Of a stretch of DNA of 64,000 nt, positions 55,244-64,000 are shown in pieces (the stretch's first letter is position 1; every line of letters starts with the position of its first letter). The stretch comes from Candidatus Sulfotelmatobacter sp. (GTDB taxonomy: Bacteria > Acidobacteriota > Terriglobia > Terriglobales > Acidobacteriaceae). The translations under genes were made by a program, and so were the position numbers. The DNA is taken from the NCBI GenBank assembly GCA_035511455.1, contig DATKFH010000129.1:28512-92511 (forward strand), given 5' to 3'. The notes under the pieces were generated by a model. That model was given only the letters and a program-made list of their open reading frames with translations. It did not search any database and was not told where the DNA came from.

Positions 55244-55798
55244 CGGGTTTCACGGTGGCTCCCATCGGCCACAACTTCGAGCTTCGAGTCTTCAGAATAT
55301 TGTTTGGAATGGTAAACGCTTACCCGGCAGCGATTTCTCGCCGGAATTCGAGATACAAAATTGAACACCTGTGATGCCGGCGAGCGTAGGTCAGCGAATT
55401 GTTTTTTTGGAAGAGAGGCATCTGCAAAGATACCGAGGACTGGGTTCGTGTCGCGGCGACCGTTCTGACAAAAACGTTTTTCTGTGGATAATTTCCAATC
55501 GATCCTGCTCCTCGTCGGTACCCGTATAAGTATTCTATTTTCTATATGTTGACCCGTAAGCACTCTACCCTTTCGACTCCAGTTTCCTGCCAACTCAGGC
55601 GCGACCCGACTCCCGGACGGACCGGACCTGTCATCGTTTCCTAACCCTGTTCCCGAACGTGGACAATTTTGTTGCTAGTAGAAAAGAATTAGCTTGACTT
55701 CGCAATCTTTTGCGTAGTAAAAACTTGGCCCAGCGTTGAGAAAAGGTTTTCTGGCGGCTTCATCTACTAGGAAACAGTCTTCGGGCCGGAGGCGCAAG

Positions 55799-58700
55799 AT
55801 GAAACGGTTGCTATCCGCGTTGATAGTCCTGTTGTTGGCCTTGGTTGCGTTTAGCGGTCAGAACCTATACGCCCAGTTCGCCGATCGGGCCGTGATTACA
55901 GGCGTTGTTACCGATGCCAGCGGCGCTGCAGTTCCCGACGCGCAGGTCACGATCACCGACGAAGGAACCGGCGTCAAAACCGTCGTCGGCACCAACAGCG
56001 CCGGCAACTACAGCACCCCTCCTCTCACTCTAGGCACCTACAGGGTTGAAGTCGAAAAGTCAGGTTTCAAGGTTTACAAGCGGACGGGAATTGCGCTCAC
56101 CGGTGGCGAGACGGCGCGCGAAGACGTGAAACTCGACATCGGTGCGGTTTCGCAGACGATCAGCGTCGAAGCTTCTACAGAAACCATCAACACCGAGAAC
56201 GCGACGGTCTCTCATACTGTTGGAGCCCAGTACTACGAGGATCTTCCCGCGGTGATGGGCGCTGATATCCGCCTGGCCGAGTCGCTGCTCACCCTTCAGC
56301 CCGGCTACGTTCCCGTGCAGCCCAATGGCGATGCCATCTTCCGCGGCAGCCAATTTCAATCTCGAATGAATGGCGGCCAGATTCTGGCCACCGAAAACTG
56401 GTTTGACGGCGCTGCCTTCGGCTACGCTGAAGGTCACCAGCAGACCCAGGAGAGTTCAATTCCGTATCCCTCTGTGCGGGAAATGACGGTGGTTCAGAAT
56501 ACCTTCTCGGCCGAATACGGGCATACCAGCGGTGGTTTCATCACCTATGCGACCAAGTCCGGGGCCAGTAAGTTTCACGGCAACATCTATGATTTTTACA
56601 CCAATAACAAGCTGGATGCCTCCAACTGGTTCGTGGGTCCAGAGCTCAAATCGCAAGGCTTGAACAATACACTGCCGCTCGGCCAGAACAACTGGGGATT
56701 TGCCGTGGGCGGGCCGATTCCCAAGGTCAAGCGCACCTTCTGGTTCTTCAACCTGGATGGCATGGATTACCACAGCACGGTCAATACTGGGTTTGTGAAC
56801 ACCCTTCCGACAACGCTCGCAAGGCAGGGCAATTTCACCGAGTTTCTGGACACCACTAAGGTGGTTGGGACTGACGTGCTGGGCAGGCCCATGTTCAAGG
56901 GCGAAGTCTTTAACCCTGCGACTACCAGGCTGGTCGGCACTGTACCAGTTCGTGACGGCTACGGCTTTGATCCCACCACCGGTCGCGCGATTGCTGGCCA
57001 AGCAAATATCATTCCGGCCAATGATCCGCTACGGAGTTCCTTGGCAGCCGCTGTCATTCCTGATATTCCCGCGCTCGATCAAAACACATTGTCCCTAAAC
57101 GGTTTCGGCGGAACTTCTGACGACAACAACAAGATTAACGTCAGAACTTGGCTGTTCCGTTTCGACCACAACTTCAACGACAAGTTCTCAATCAACAATA
57201 CCTATTACGAGAACGTACGGCCCCGCATCGCTCACTGCGGCGGACCGGGCGGTTGCACTACCGTAAACAATGGCGAGACCGCCTCAGCCAAGAACGACAC
57301 CTATATCGGGCAGGGGTTCTATCAGCGCATTACCAATCACTTCGAACACCTGCAGATGAACTGGATTATCAAGCCCAACCTGTTCAACCACACCACCTTG
57401 GCCTATGACCGATGGCAGATGCTTGGACATCAGTTAGCAGGAGGCGTGGGCTGGAACCAGAAGCTGGGACTTGGGCTCCCCAATGAACCGATCTTCAATA
57501 ATGCCGGCTTTCCCGAACTCGACTTCAATGGCGCGGTCGGCTACACGCACTACGGGACGCCGTGGGCGAGCCAGGGTGCCGACATCAACAATCGCTACCA
57601 ATTCCTCGATGACGTTTCCTGGGTTGTTGGCAAGCACACGATCAAGGCCGGATTCGAATTCCGCTATATGACTTACCCCCAGACCGGTTGGGCGGTCAAC
57701 ACAGGCGGACAGTTTGCGTTCAACGACGGCTCGACCGCCGGGTACTCGTCGGCCGGGACATTGTTGAACGGCGGACCTACCGGGAATGAGTTCGCGTCCT
57801 TCATCTTGGGCCAGGTGGACCACGCCAATTTCTCGGTGCCGTTTCGCTACACGCCAATCAATAAATACTTCTCCCCTTGGGTCAACGACGATATCAAGCT
57901 TACCCATAATTTGAACATAAGTTTGGGATTGCGCTTCGACTGGCAGTCCGGTCTCCATGAGGAGCATAACCGCTTCTCGACTTTCGACCCCACCGCTCAG
58001 AATCCCGTCGGCGTCCCCGGTGCGACTGTGTTTAATGCGTCGCAGGCGACCGGCCAGAGCACTTGGAGCGTCGGACCCCGCATTGGATTTGCCTATTCGC
58101 CCAATACCAAGACTGTCATTCGCGGGGGATACGGCATGTATTATGCCGGCGTCGCCGCCGATTCCTGGGATCCTTATCCGGTGGATGGTTATCAAACCAA
58201 TCCAGTCGCGCCGAACACATCCAATGATCTGTTCCCAGCGTTTTATTTCAACGGGACCGGCGCTTGTCCGGCGACGCGCACCCAACTTGTTGGTGTCAAC
58301 ATTCCCTGCGGGTTAGCGGCAACAGGGGCAATCGTGCTTCCACCTCAACTAAGAGGCGATGTGGCGAATGGCGGAAACCCGGTCGGTGTTACTCCCAAGA
58401 ACTACCTTCCGCCCCGATACCAAAACTGGTCGGTATCGTTCCAGCGGCAGCTCGGCCAGAACATGGCAATCGACGTTGCCTACGTTGGAAGCCACGGATC
58501 GCGGTTGTTTGATGGACGCAGTTCAGCGGGTGTGTATGACAACATGAATCCCGCAAGTGTTTTGCAGCAGTATGGCACCGATCTCACGAATGCCCAATTC
58601 ACAACCGGGGGTCCGAACGTGATCGATGGGGTTAGGCGCCCGTACCCAACCTTCACAGGCGACTTGGCACAAGCACTGCGACCTTGGCCTCAGTACCAGA

Positions 58701-59500
58701 CTATCAACTGGCGCTTCTTCTCCTTTGGCAGCAGTCACTACAACGCTCTCCAGGTTGCCTTCGACCGCCGCATGGCGGCGGGCCTGTTGCTCAAGGTCGC
58801 GTACACCTATTCCAGGCTGATCAACAACGGCGCGGAACAGGGTTTGGCGTCGGGAGGCCCTCCGGTGCAAAATCCGAGCAATATGAGTAACCTTGTTAGC
58901 CCCAGTTCGGACGACGTGCCGCATTCTCTGTCGCTGGGTTGGGTCTATAAGTTGCCCTTCGGTAAAGGCAAGCCTGTCTTGGGGAGCGCTTCAGGCTTTA
59001 TCGACAAGTTCGTTGGTGGTTGGCAGTTTTCTGCTATCCAGAGTTATTCATCCGGAAGACCACTGGATATCACCATGCCGAACGATTTGTCTGGTTATCT
59101 CTTCAACACCGCCAGGTTCCCCGATAAGGTCGGAAGCGGCAGGAACACCAGCTTTAGCAATCCACGCACGCAAACGTACTTGAACGTGTCAGGATGGGCA
59201 GATCCGGGCTTCGCTTCCAACGGTGTTCCTAACTTCGGTAACGCGGTGAGGGAAGATGCCAGCGTGCGCGGTTTCAGGTATCTCAATGAGGACTTCTCGC
59301 TCATTAAAGACACCTACTTCGGTGAGGAAAAATACGTTCGTTTCCACGCCGATGCCGGCAACGTGTTCAACCGGGTTTACTATTGCTATGGCGCGACAGC
59401 GAGCGCAACTACCGTCTTTGGCACTCCGAGCTTCGGCACCATAAGCAGCCAGTGCAACATCCCGAGGCGAATGCAGTTAGCCTTGGAACTTATCTTCTAG
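55799..59500 (+). CDS. TonB-dependent-receptor-like barrel with a CarboxypepD_reg domain (TBDR-B, ~1233 aa)
   Basis: MKRLLSALIVLLLALVAFSGQNLYAQ. ITGVVTDASGAAVPDAQVTITD...AGNYSTPPLTLGTYRVEVEKSGF. Terminal ..LALELIF. Confidence 0.9.
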   Translation: MKRLLSALIVLLLALVAFSGQNLYAQFADRAVITGVVTDASGAAVPDAQVTITDEGTGVKTVVGTNSAGNYSTPPLTLGTYRVEVEKSGFKVYKRTGIALTGGETAREDVKLDIGAVSQTISVEASTETINTENATVSHTVGAQYYEDLPAVMGADIRLAESLLTLQPGYVPVQPNGDAIFRGSQFQSRMNGGQILATENWFDGAAFGYAEGHQQTQESSIPYPSVREMTVVQNTFSAEYGHTSGGFITYATKSGASKFHGNIYDFYTNNKLDASNWFVGPELKSQGLNNTLPLGQNNWGFAVGGPIPKVKRTFWFFNLDGMDYHSTVNTGFVNTLPTTLARQGNFTEFLDTTKVVGTDVLGRPMFKGEVFNPATTRLVGTVPVRDGYGFDPTTGRAIAGQANIIPANDPLRSSLAAAVIPDIPALDQNTLSLNGFGGTSDDNNKINVRTWLFRFDHNFNDKFSINNTYYENVRPRIAHCGGPGGCTTVNNGETASAKNDTYIGQGFYQRITNHFEHLQMNWIIKPNLFNHTTLAYDRWQMLGHQLAGGVGWNQKLGLGLPNEPIFNNAGFPELDFNGAVGYTHYGTPWASQGADINNRYQFLDDVSWVVGKHTIKAGFEFRYMTYPQTGWAVNTGGQFAFNDGSTAGYSSAGTLLNGGPTGNEFASFILGQVDHANFSVPFRYTPINKYFSPWVNDDIKLTHNLNISLGLRFDWQSGLHEEHNRFSTFDPTAQNPVGVPGATVFNASQATGQSTWSVGPRIGFAYSPNTKTVIRGGYGMYYAGVAADSWDPYPVDGYQTNPVAPNTSNDLFPAFYFNGTGACPATRTQLVGVNIPCGLAATGAIVLPPQLRGDVANGGNPVGVTPKNYLPPRYQNWSVSFQRQLGQNMAIDVAYVGSHGSRLFDGRSSAGVYDNMNPASVLQQYGTDLTNAQFTTGGPNVIDGVRRPYPTFTGDLAQALRPWPQYQTINWRFFSFGSSHYNALQVAFDRRMAAGLLLKVAYTYSRLINNGAEQGLASGGPPVQNPSNMSNLVSPSSDDVPHSLSLGWVYKLPFGKGKPVLGSASGFIDKFVGGWQFSAIQSYSSGRPLDITMPNDLSGYLFNTARFPDKVGSGRNTSFSNPRTQTYLNVSGWADPGFASNGVPNFGNAVREDASVRGFRYLNEDFSLIKDTYFGEEKYVRFHADAGNVFNRVYYCYGATASATTVFGTPSFGTISSQCNIPRRMQLALELIF

Positions 59501-59520
59501 CGTGCCCCCGGGACCTAATG

Positions 59521-59549
59521 GGTGATGGTCCGCGCCGCGGACCATCACC
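59521..59549. terminator. 14-bp perfect inverted repeat between convergent genes (possible bidirectional terminator)
   Basis: GGTGATGGTCCGCG-c-CGCGGACCATCACC. On the + strand a T-containing tract follows (TTCCTATGTTTCGAGGTTTTCG). Confidence 0.45.
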
Positions 59550-59595
59550 GGCAGTTCCTATGTTTCGAGGTTTTCGGGCGCCGCACGCGGAAGCC

Positions 59596-61497
59596 CTATC
59601 TATTCCCTAACTTATCCCGCCGGACTATGCCGTGCCCCTCTTGCAGCACGATGAGTTGATTGGCATCAACATTCTTGAATGATTCCACCAGCCCCAAGGG
59701 CCAGCGAACTTCCACCAGGTCCACTTGCTTGGCTTGCCCAAGTCCAAAGTGCAGCCTAAGGTCATTTTGCGAGATGTAACTTGATCCACTCATAACCTCG
59801 TTCATCTGAGAGTGCTTGCCAGTCACCACCCGCACGCGGGAGCCGATGGCGCTGCGATTGGACTTGGTGCCGACGCATTTGATCTTCAGCCAGTTATTCT
59901 TCGCGGAGCAATCATTGCGTAACAGGGAGGGAGGTTCGTTCATATTAATGATGACCACGTCCACATCACCATCATTGTCGAAGTCGCCGAACGCGGCTCC
60001 GCGGCTGCTGTGCGGTTGAGTAACCGCCAAACCGGTGCTGGAAGTGACGTCTGCGAAGCGTCCATTGCCCAGATTCTTGTACACGAGCTTTCGCTGCTTA
60101 AAGGCAAAGTGTAGTTTCTTAGTGTCGACCTCGGGGAAGACGTGGCCGTTGGACATAAAGATGTCCGCCCAGCCATCATTGTCAAAATCGAATAGGCCGA
60201 CTCCCCATCCCAAGTACTGAGTATTTCCACCCAGACCTGCCCGGTAGACAGCGTCGTAAAAAGTGCCGTCGCCGTTGTTGTGGTAGAGATTTGCGGTTTG
60301 GTCGGAATAATTCGTCTTGACGATATCGAGCCAGCCGTCGCAGTCGTAGTCGCCGACGGCAATTCCCATACCACCCTGAGGCGTGCCATTCTCATTGACC
60401 GCGCAGCCGATCTCCCGGGCGACCTCCTCGAACATTCCATTTCCTTTGTTGTGATAGAAGCGGCTGGGTACGGAATCACAGGCGACGTAAATGTCCGGCC
60501 AGCCGTCGTTGTCAAAGTCCGCAGCGGAAACGCCTAGTCCGTAGGAGCCCACCGGAATCCATTGATCGGTAACAAATGTTGGGGCGGCCGGACCGCGGGG
60601 AACCGCAACGCCCGACTGCACGGAGACATCCTCGAAGGTTCCGTTGCCGCGATTGTGATACAGGATGTTCGTCCCTCCGCCCATACCTTGCGGTCCACAG
60701 CCAACCGACAAGCCAAAATAGTTGCAGTATTGGTTGCTGCCGGGTGGGGGAGTCGCGTGCTGGTCGAAGTTGACATAGTTGGCAACAAACAAGTCGAGAT
60801 GGCCATCGCGATCGTAGTCCACAAAACAGCACCCAGTGTTCCATCGCGGCTGCGGCTCTTTTTGCGTCAGGCCTGCCTTTTCGGTGACATCGGTGAACGT
60901 GCCGTCGCCGTTATTATGGTAAAGGACGATTCCACCCCAGTAGGTAACGACCAGGTCGTCGTAACCGTCGTTGTCATAATCGCCGATGCAGCATCCCTGA
61001 CCCCAACCCGACCGGGCCAGTCCTGCTTTTTCAGTGACGTCGGTAAAGGTGCCATCGCGATTGTTGCGGAACAAGAAATTGGTCGGTTGTCGTTGGGGAG
61101 AGATGCCTTCAAATCTCGTTCCGTTCACCATGAAAATATCGAGCCAACCGTCGTTGTCGTAGTCGAAAAGAGCCACGCCACAGCCCGTTTCCTCCAGAAT
61201 GTACTGTTTGCGAGCGACATTGCCAAAAACATTGGCGGCTCCGGCAAGACCGGCCTGGGCGGCAATGTCCGTGAATGAAAACCCTGCCACCGGAACTACG
61301 ACGGTTTCGGACTTCGTCCTTGCAGGCGAGGACGTCGACTTTTGAAGAGCCCGAATGCCGGGTAATCCTGACGGCAACCCAAACGCGGGAGCTATGATGC
61401 CCAAGCGGCCCAGATTGCGGAGAAAGTCACGTCGAGATTGTCGGTTTGGCCCCGCTGGTTTGAGTGAACCTTCAGGGTTGAAAAGGGAATCCGCCAT
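59596..61497 (-). CDS. CRTAC1-like FG-GAP + UnbV/ASPIC protein with a Tat signal (CRTAC-3)
   Basis: [78 protein letters not shown]. Confidence 0.9.
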   Translation of the reverse strand: MADSLFNPEGSLKPAGPNRQSRRDFLRNLGRLGIIAPAFGLPSGLPGIRALQKSTSSPARTKSETVVVPVAGFSFTDIAAQAGLAGAANVFGNVARKQYILEETGCGVALFDYDNDGWLDIFMVNGTRFEGISPQRQPTNFLFRNNRDGTFTDVTEKAGLARSGWGQGCCIGDYDNDGYDDLVVTYWGGIVLYHNNGDGTFTDVTEKAGLTQKEPQPRWNTGCCFVDYDRDGHLDLFVANYVNFDQHATPPPGSNQYCNYFGLSVGCGPQGMGGGTNILYHNRGNGTFEDVSVQSGVAVPRGPAAPTFVTDQWIPVGSYGLGVSAADFDNDGWPDIYVACDSVPSRFYHNKGNGMFEEVAREIGCAVNENGTPQGGMGIAVGDYDCDGWLDIVKTNYSDQTANLYHNNGDGTFYDAVYRAGLGGNTQYLGWGVGLFDFDNDGWADIFMSNGHVFPEVDTKKLHFAFKQRKLVYKNLGNGRFADVTSSTGLAVTQPHSSRGAAFGDFDNDGDVDVVIINMNEPPSLLRNDCSAKNNWLKIKCVGTKSNRSAIGSRVRVVTGKHSQMNEVMSGSSYISQNDLRLHFGLGQAKQVDLVEVRWPLGLVESFKNVDANQLIVLQEGHGIVRRDKLGNR

Positions 61498-61505
61498 TTT
61501 GGTGA

Positions 61506-63137
61506 TTAGTCAGGCAACAGCAGACGCAGACGCACATCATTTTGCGCGTGCCGCTCCGTTTCAAGCTTACGGGATTCCGCTAACTCGCTCTCAGACTCCG
61601 CAGTCTTGCCGAAGTGACGAAGCAACATACTGAGCTGATAGTGCGCCTCTACCGAGCCAGGGTCGAGAGAGATCGCGCGTTCCAGGTCCTGCTCGGCTTC
61701 CTCATACTGGTGCTGCCTCAAGAGTATGCCTCCCAGCTTGACGTAAGACGGCGCGTGCTGCGGGTGGCTCCTAAGCAGGTCCCGAAATATCGGGACAGCC
61801 CGATCATCGTCGCCAATCGCATCGTACGTAAGACCTAAGTAGTATGAAGCCGCCACCTGGTCCGGTTGGGCCGCCAGGCTTTGTTTGAGCGACGATTCGG
61901 CCTCGGAGTACTTGCTCTGCAGGTAATACACGGCTCCGACCGCATAATTCAGAATCGGGTCATGCGGATGCTTTTGCTGAAGTTGTACGAAAAGCGATGC
62001 CGCCTTCGGAAGATTTTCTCGGGCAACGTTCGCCGAAGCCAAAACATAGACGTAAGAGTCTTGATCAGGTTTCAGTGCGACTGCCTTCTCGAGCGCGGGG
62101 ACAGCATCGTCCAACAGATTTCGTTCCAGACACACCTTTCCGAACTCGAACAGAACTTCGGGGTTCTCAGGCTCCCGTTGTTTTGCGGCCACCAGGTACG
62201 ACAACGCTTTCTCGCTGTTTTGTTGCCGTTCGGCAATCCGTGCGAGACTCTCGTAGCAGGCCGTGCAGTCGGGAGCCAAGGACAGCGCGAGTTCAGAGTT
62301 CTTCTCCGCCCGCTCGAGATCTCCCAGGGATAAGTAACTGTTTCCGAGCTTCAGAGCGAGAACAGCGGACGGATGGGCGGCGATCCGTGTTTCCTGGGCT
62401 TCGAGGACCGTTTTGGCCTCCGCCGCCATCCCAGACGCCAGCAGGAGGTCTCCGAAATCGAGCGACGCCTCGTCCGATGGTGCGGATAAGCGCTGCCAAG
62501 AGGCGATCAGGCCCTTTAGCTCTTCCTTTTTGCCCAGTGCTCCGAACGCGGTAGCCAGCACAAGAATACTTTCATCGGACTTGACGAGTTCGGACATGAT
62601 GGGCCGCGCGATTTCCAGAGATTGCTGAAAATTACGCTGTGACGCTTCGAGTTTGACCAGGTCGAAGCGAGCGTTAAAATTACGGGGGTCGAGTCTTAGG
62701 ACCTCCCGAAAACACTTCTCGGCTAACTCGGGCTTGCCGTGGAGCACATAGGCGTCGCCAAGGGTTGTACGAGCGCCTGCCAGGCTGGGATTCAGCGCCA
62801 AAGCCTGGTTCAGAAAATTCGCGCTCTCTTCATATTGGCCCTGTTGCAGTCGGATGGTCCCCAGCATCGACAACGCCAAGGCTCGCGTTGTGGGGTTTGG
62901 CAGAGCCAGACGCGCTTCAGCTTCCGCTTGAGCGATCTGTCCCTGGTTCAGAAGGCGAACGGCCGCTTCCATGTGGTTGATCTCTGGAAACGCCAGTTCT
63001 GGGAGTATCAGGAACGTGAGTACCAGGAATGCGAGGCAATCCCTGTGCCAAGTGGGTACGCAACGAGTCCAAGGAGCGCAGGGCCGAACGGACTTGGTGC
63101 GCTGGCCAAGACTACGCATGTCCGCAAATTTTAGCAT
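61506..63137 (-). CDS. TPR-repeat protein with an N-terminal membrane anchor (TPR-B, 543 aa)
   Basis: Anchor CLAFLVLTFLILPELAF, then ~12 TPR units. Its stop is 8 nt before the CRTAC-3 ATG. Confidence 0.85.
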   Translation of the reverse strand: MLKFADMRSLGQRTKSVRPCAPWTRCVPTWHRDCLAFLVLTFLILPELAFPEINHMEAAVRLLNQGQIAQAEAEARLALPNPTTRALALSMLGTIRLQQGQYEESANFLNQALALNPSLAGARTTLGDAYVLHGKPELAEKCFREVLRLDPRNFNARFDLVKLEASQRNFQQSLEIARPIMSELVKSDESILVLATAFGALGKKEELKGLIASWQRLSAPSDEASLDFGDLLLASGMAAEAKTVLEAQETRIAAHPSAVLALKLGNSYLSLGDLERAEKNSELALSLAPDCTACYESLARIAERQQNSEKALSYLVAAKQREPENPEVLFEFGKVCLERNLLDDAVPALEKAVALKPDQDSYVYVLASANVARENLPKAASLFVQLQQKHPHDPILNYAVGAVYYLQSKYSEAESSLKQSLAAQPDQVAASYYLGLTYDAIGDDDRAVPIFRDLLRSHPQHAPSYVKLGGILLRQHQYEEAEQDLERAISLDPGSVEAHYQLSMLLRHFGKTAESESELAESRKLETERHAQNDVRLRLLLPD

Positions 63138-63271
63138 GCGAATATATGCGCGGCAACGGCGCGGGCTGGGCGAAATGTGCGATCATGCAGGATTGTGAGC
63201 GGGCATTTCGCCGGTAAGGTTTCTTCGAAGCAGACTCTGCTACGCGTCAGGAATCGGGGGATCGCGGCTTG

Positions 63272-64000
63272 ATGACCAAGGGAAGAGGAGGGCACTTCGG
63301 TACCCGCCGTGCCTTCCTCACACGCATCGGTGCCGGACTCTTCACCGCCGGTTTACCGCGCTTCTCCTGGCCTTCTTGGCTTGCACTCCTTCAAGGCAAT
63401 ACCGAGTTCCCCTTTGAGCTTGTTCCAGCTGAGGCGAGTGGGATCACTTGGGAGCACCGCAGCGGGCGCTCGTCAGAGATGTACCTTCCAGAGACAGGTG
63501 GAGCCGGGTGCGGGTTTATCGATTACGACAACGATGGCTGGATGGACATTTATCTGGTCAACAGCGGTAAGTGCGACTTCTTTGAGCCCAAGCTACCCCT
63601 CCGTAATGCGCTCTTCAGAAACAACCGCGATGGGACGTTCACAGATGTGACCGAGAAGGCCGGGGTTCCGGGCGGGGGATATGGAATGGGTGTGGCCGTG
63701 GGCGATTATAACGCTGATGGGCGACCTGACCTCCTCGTGACCCAATACAACGGAGTCATTCTCTACCGCAACAACGGTGACGGCACCTTCACGGATGTCA
63801 CTCGGAAAGCGGGTCTGCCTACCACAGGCTGGGCAACGAGTGCGGTCTGGTTTGACTACGATAATGATGGAAAACTCGACTTGTTCATCTGCAGGTTTGT
63901 GGACTTCGATAAATCGAAGAACAAGTACTGCGGAAATCGCGAAGCTGGGGATCGTTATTACTGTATCCCTCGTGTTTACGAACCGATGCCAAGTTGGCTA
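63272..64000 (+). CDS. CRTAC1-like FG-GAP protein with a Tat signal, 5' part (CRTAC-4); runs off the window end
   Basis: My translation from ATG 63272 gives [27 protein letters not shown]...[19 protein letters not shown]...[19 protein letters not shown]...[13 protein letters not shown]. It is not in the ORF track because it has no stop inside the window. Confidence 0.85.
   Translation, partial: MTKGRGGHFGTRRAFLTRIGAGLFTAGLPRFSWPSWLALLQGNTEFPFELVPAEASGITWEHRSGRSSEMYLPETGGAGCGFIDYDNDGWMDIYLVNSGKCDFFEPKLPLRNALFRNNRDGTFTDVTEKAGVPGGGYGMGVAVGDYNADGRPDLLVTQYNGVILYRNNGDGTFTDVTRKAGLPTTGWATSAVWFDYDNDGKLDLFICRFVDFDKSKNKYCGNREAGDRYYCIPRVYEPMPSWL

Noticed and set aside
1-64000. tRNA, rRNA, CRISPR arrays, transposases, integrases, phage or defence genes
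   Set aside because: I found no T-arm/acceptor-like structures in the larger spacers, no regularly spaced direct repeats, and no products with recombinase, nuclease or defence-system motifs.

Overview
A 64-kb GC-rich chromosomal segment. All calls below come from motif recognition by eye; no BLAST, HMM or folding was run. The gene content suggests Acidobacteriota (Terriglobia-like): three ~1250-aa CarboxypepD_reg-type TonB-dependent-receptor-like barrels, four CRTAC1/ASPIC-UnbV FG-GAP propellers, a PSCyt/DUF1501 pair and many Tat signals. Gene order: (1) a kdp locus, with kdpA and kdpF at the window edge, a ~1-kb leader holding small ORFs and a KdpE-like operator, kdpE, and KdpD split into two divergent genes; (2) housekeeping and envelope genes, including an MFS sugar porter with a large loop insertion, a SIS protein, a flippase-like membrane protein, an SLT transglycosylase, HAD, a LuxR-VOC-DUF4199 trio, cytochrome c, a Tat-exported M20 homolog, a ferritin-like protein, tatA, thrC and a stand-alone DAC-domain protein; (3) a TBDR-like barrel, an MBL hydrolase, a Ser-variant GPx homolog and a beta-propeller; (4) PSCyt/DUF1549/DUF1553 plus DUF1501; (5) a tightly packed 8-gene urea carboxylase / allophanate hydrolase / DUF1989 / ABC-transporter operon, possibly for guanidine; (6) a ~20-kb super-locus repeating a TPR -> CRTAC1-like module next to giant TBDR-like barrels. 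This super-locus is my best candidate for an uncharacterised envelope system. Two families of short palindromic elements recur in intergenic DNA, and each also has a copy inside a coding region. I found no rRNA, tRNA, CRISPR array, transposase or integrase.
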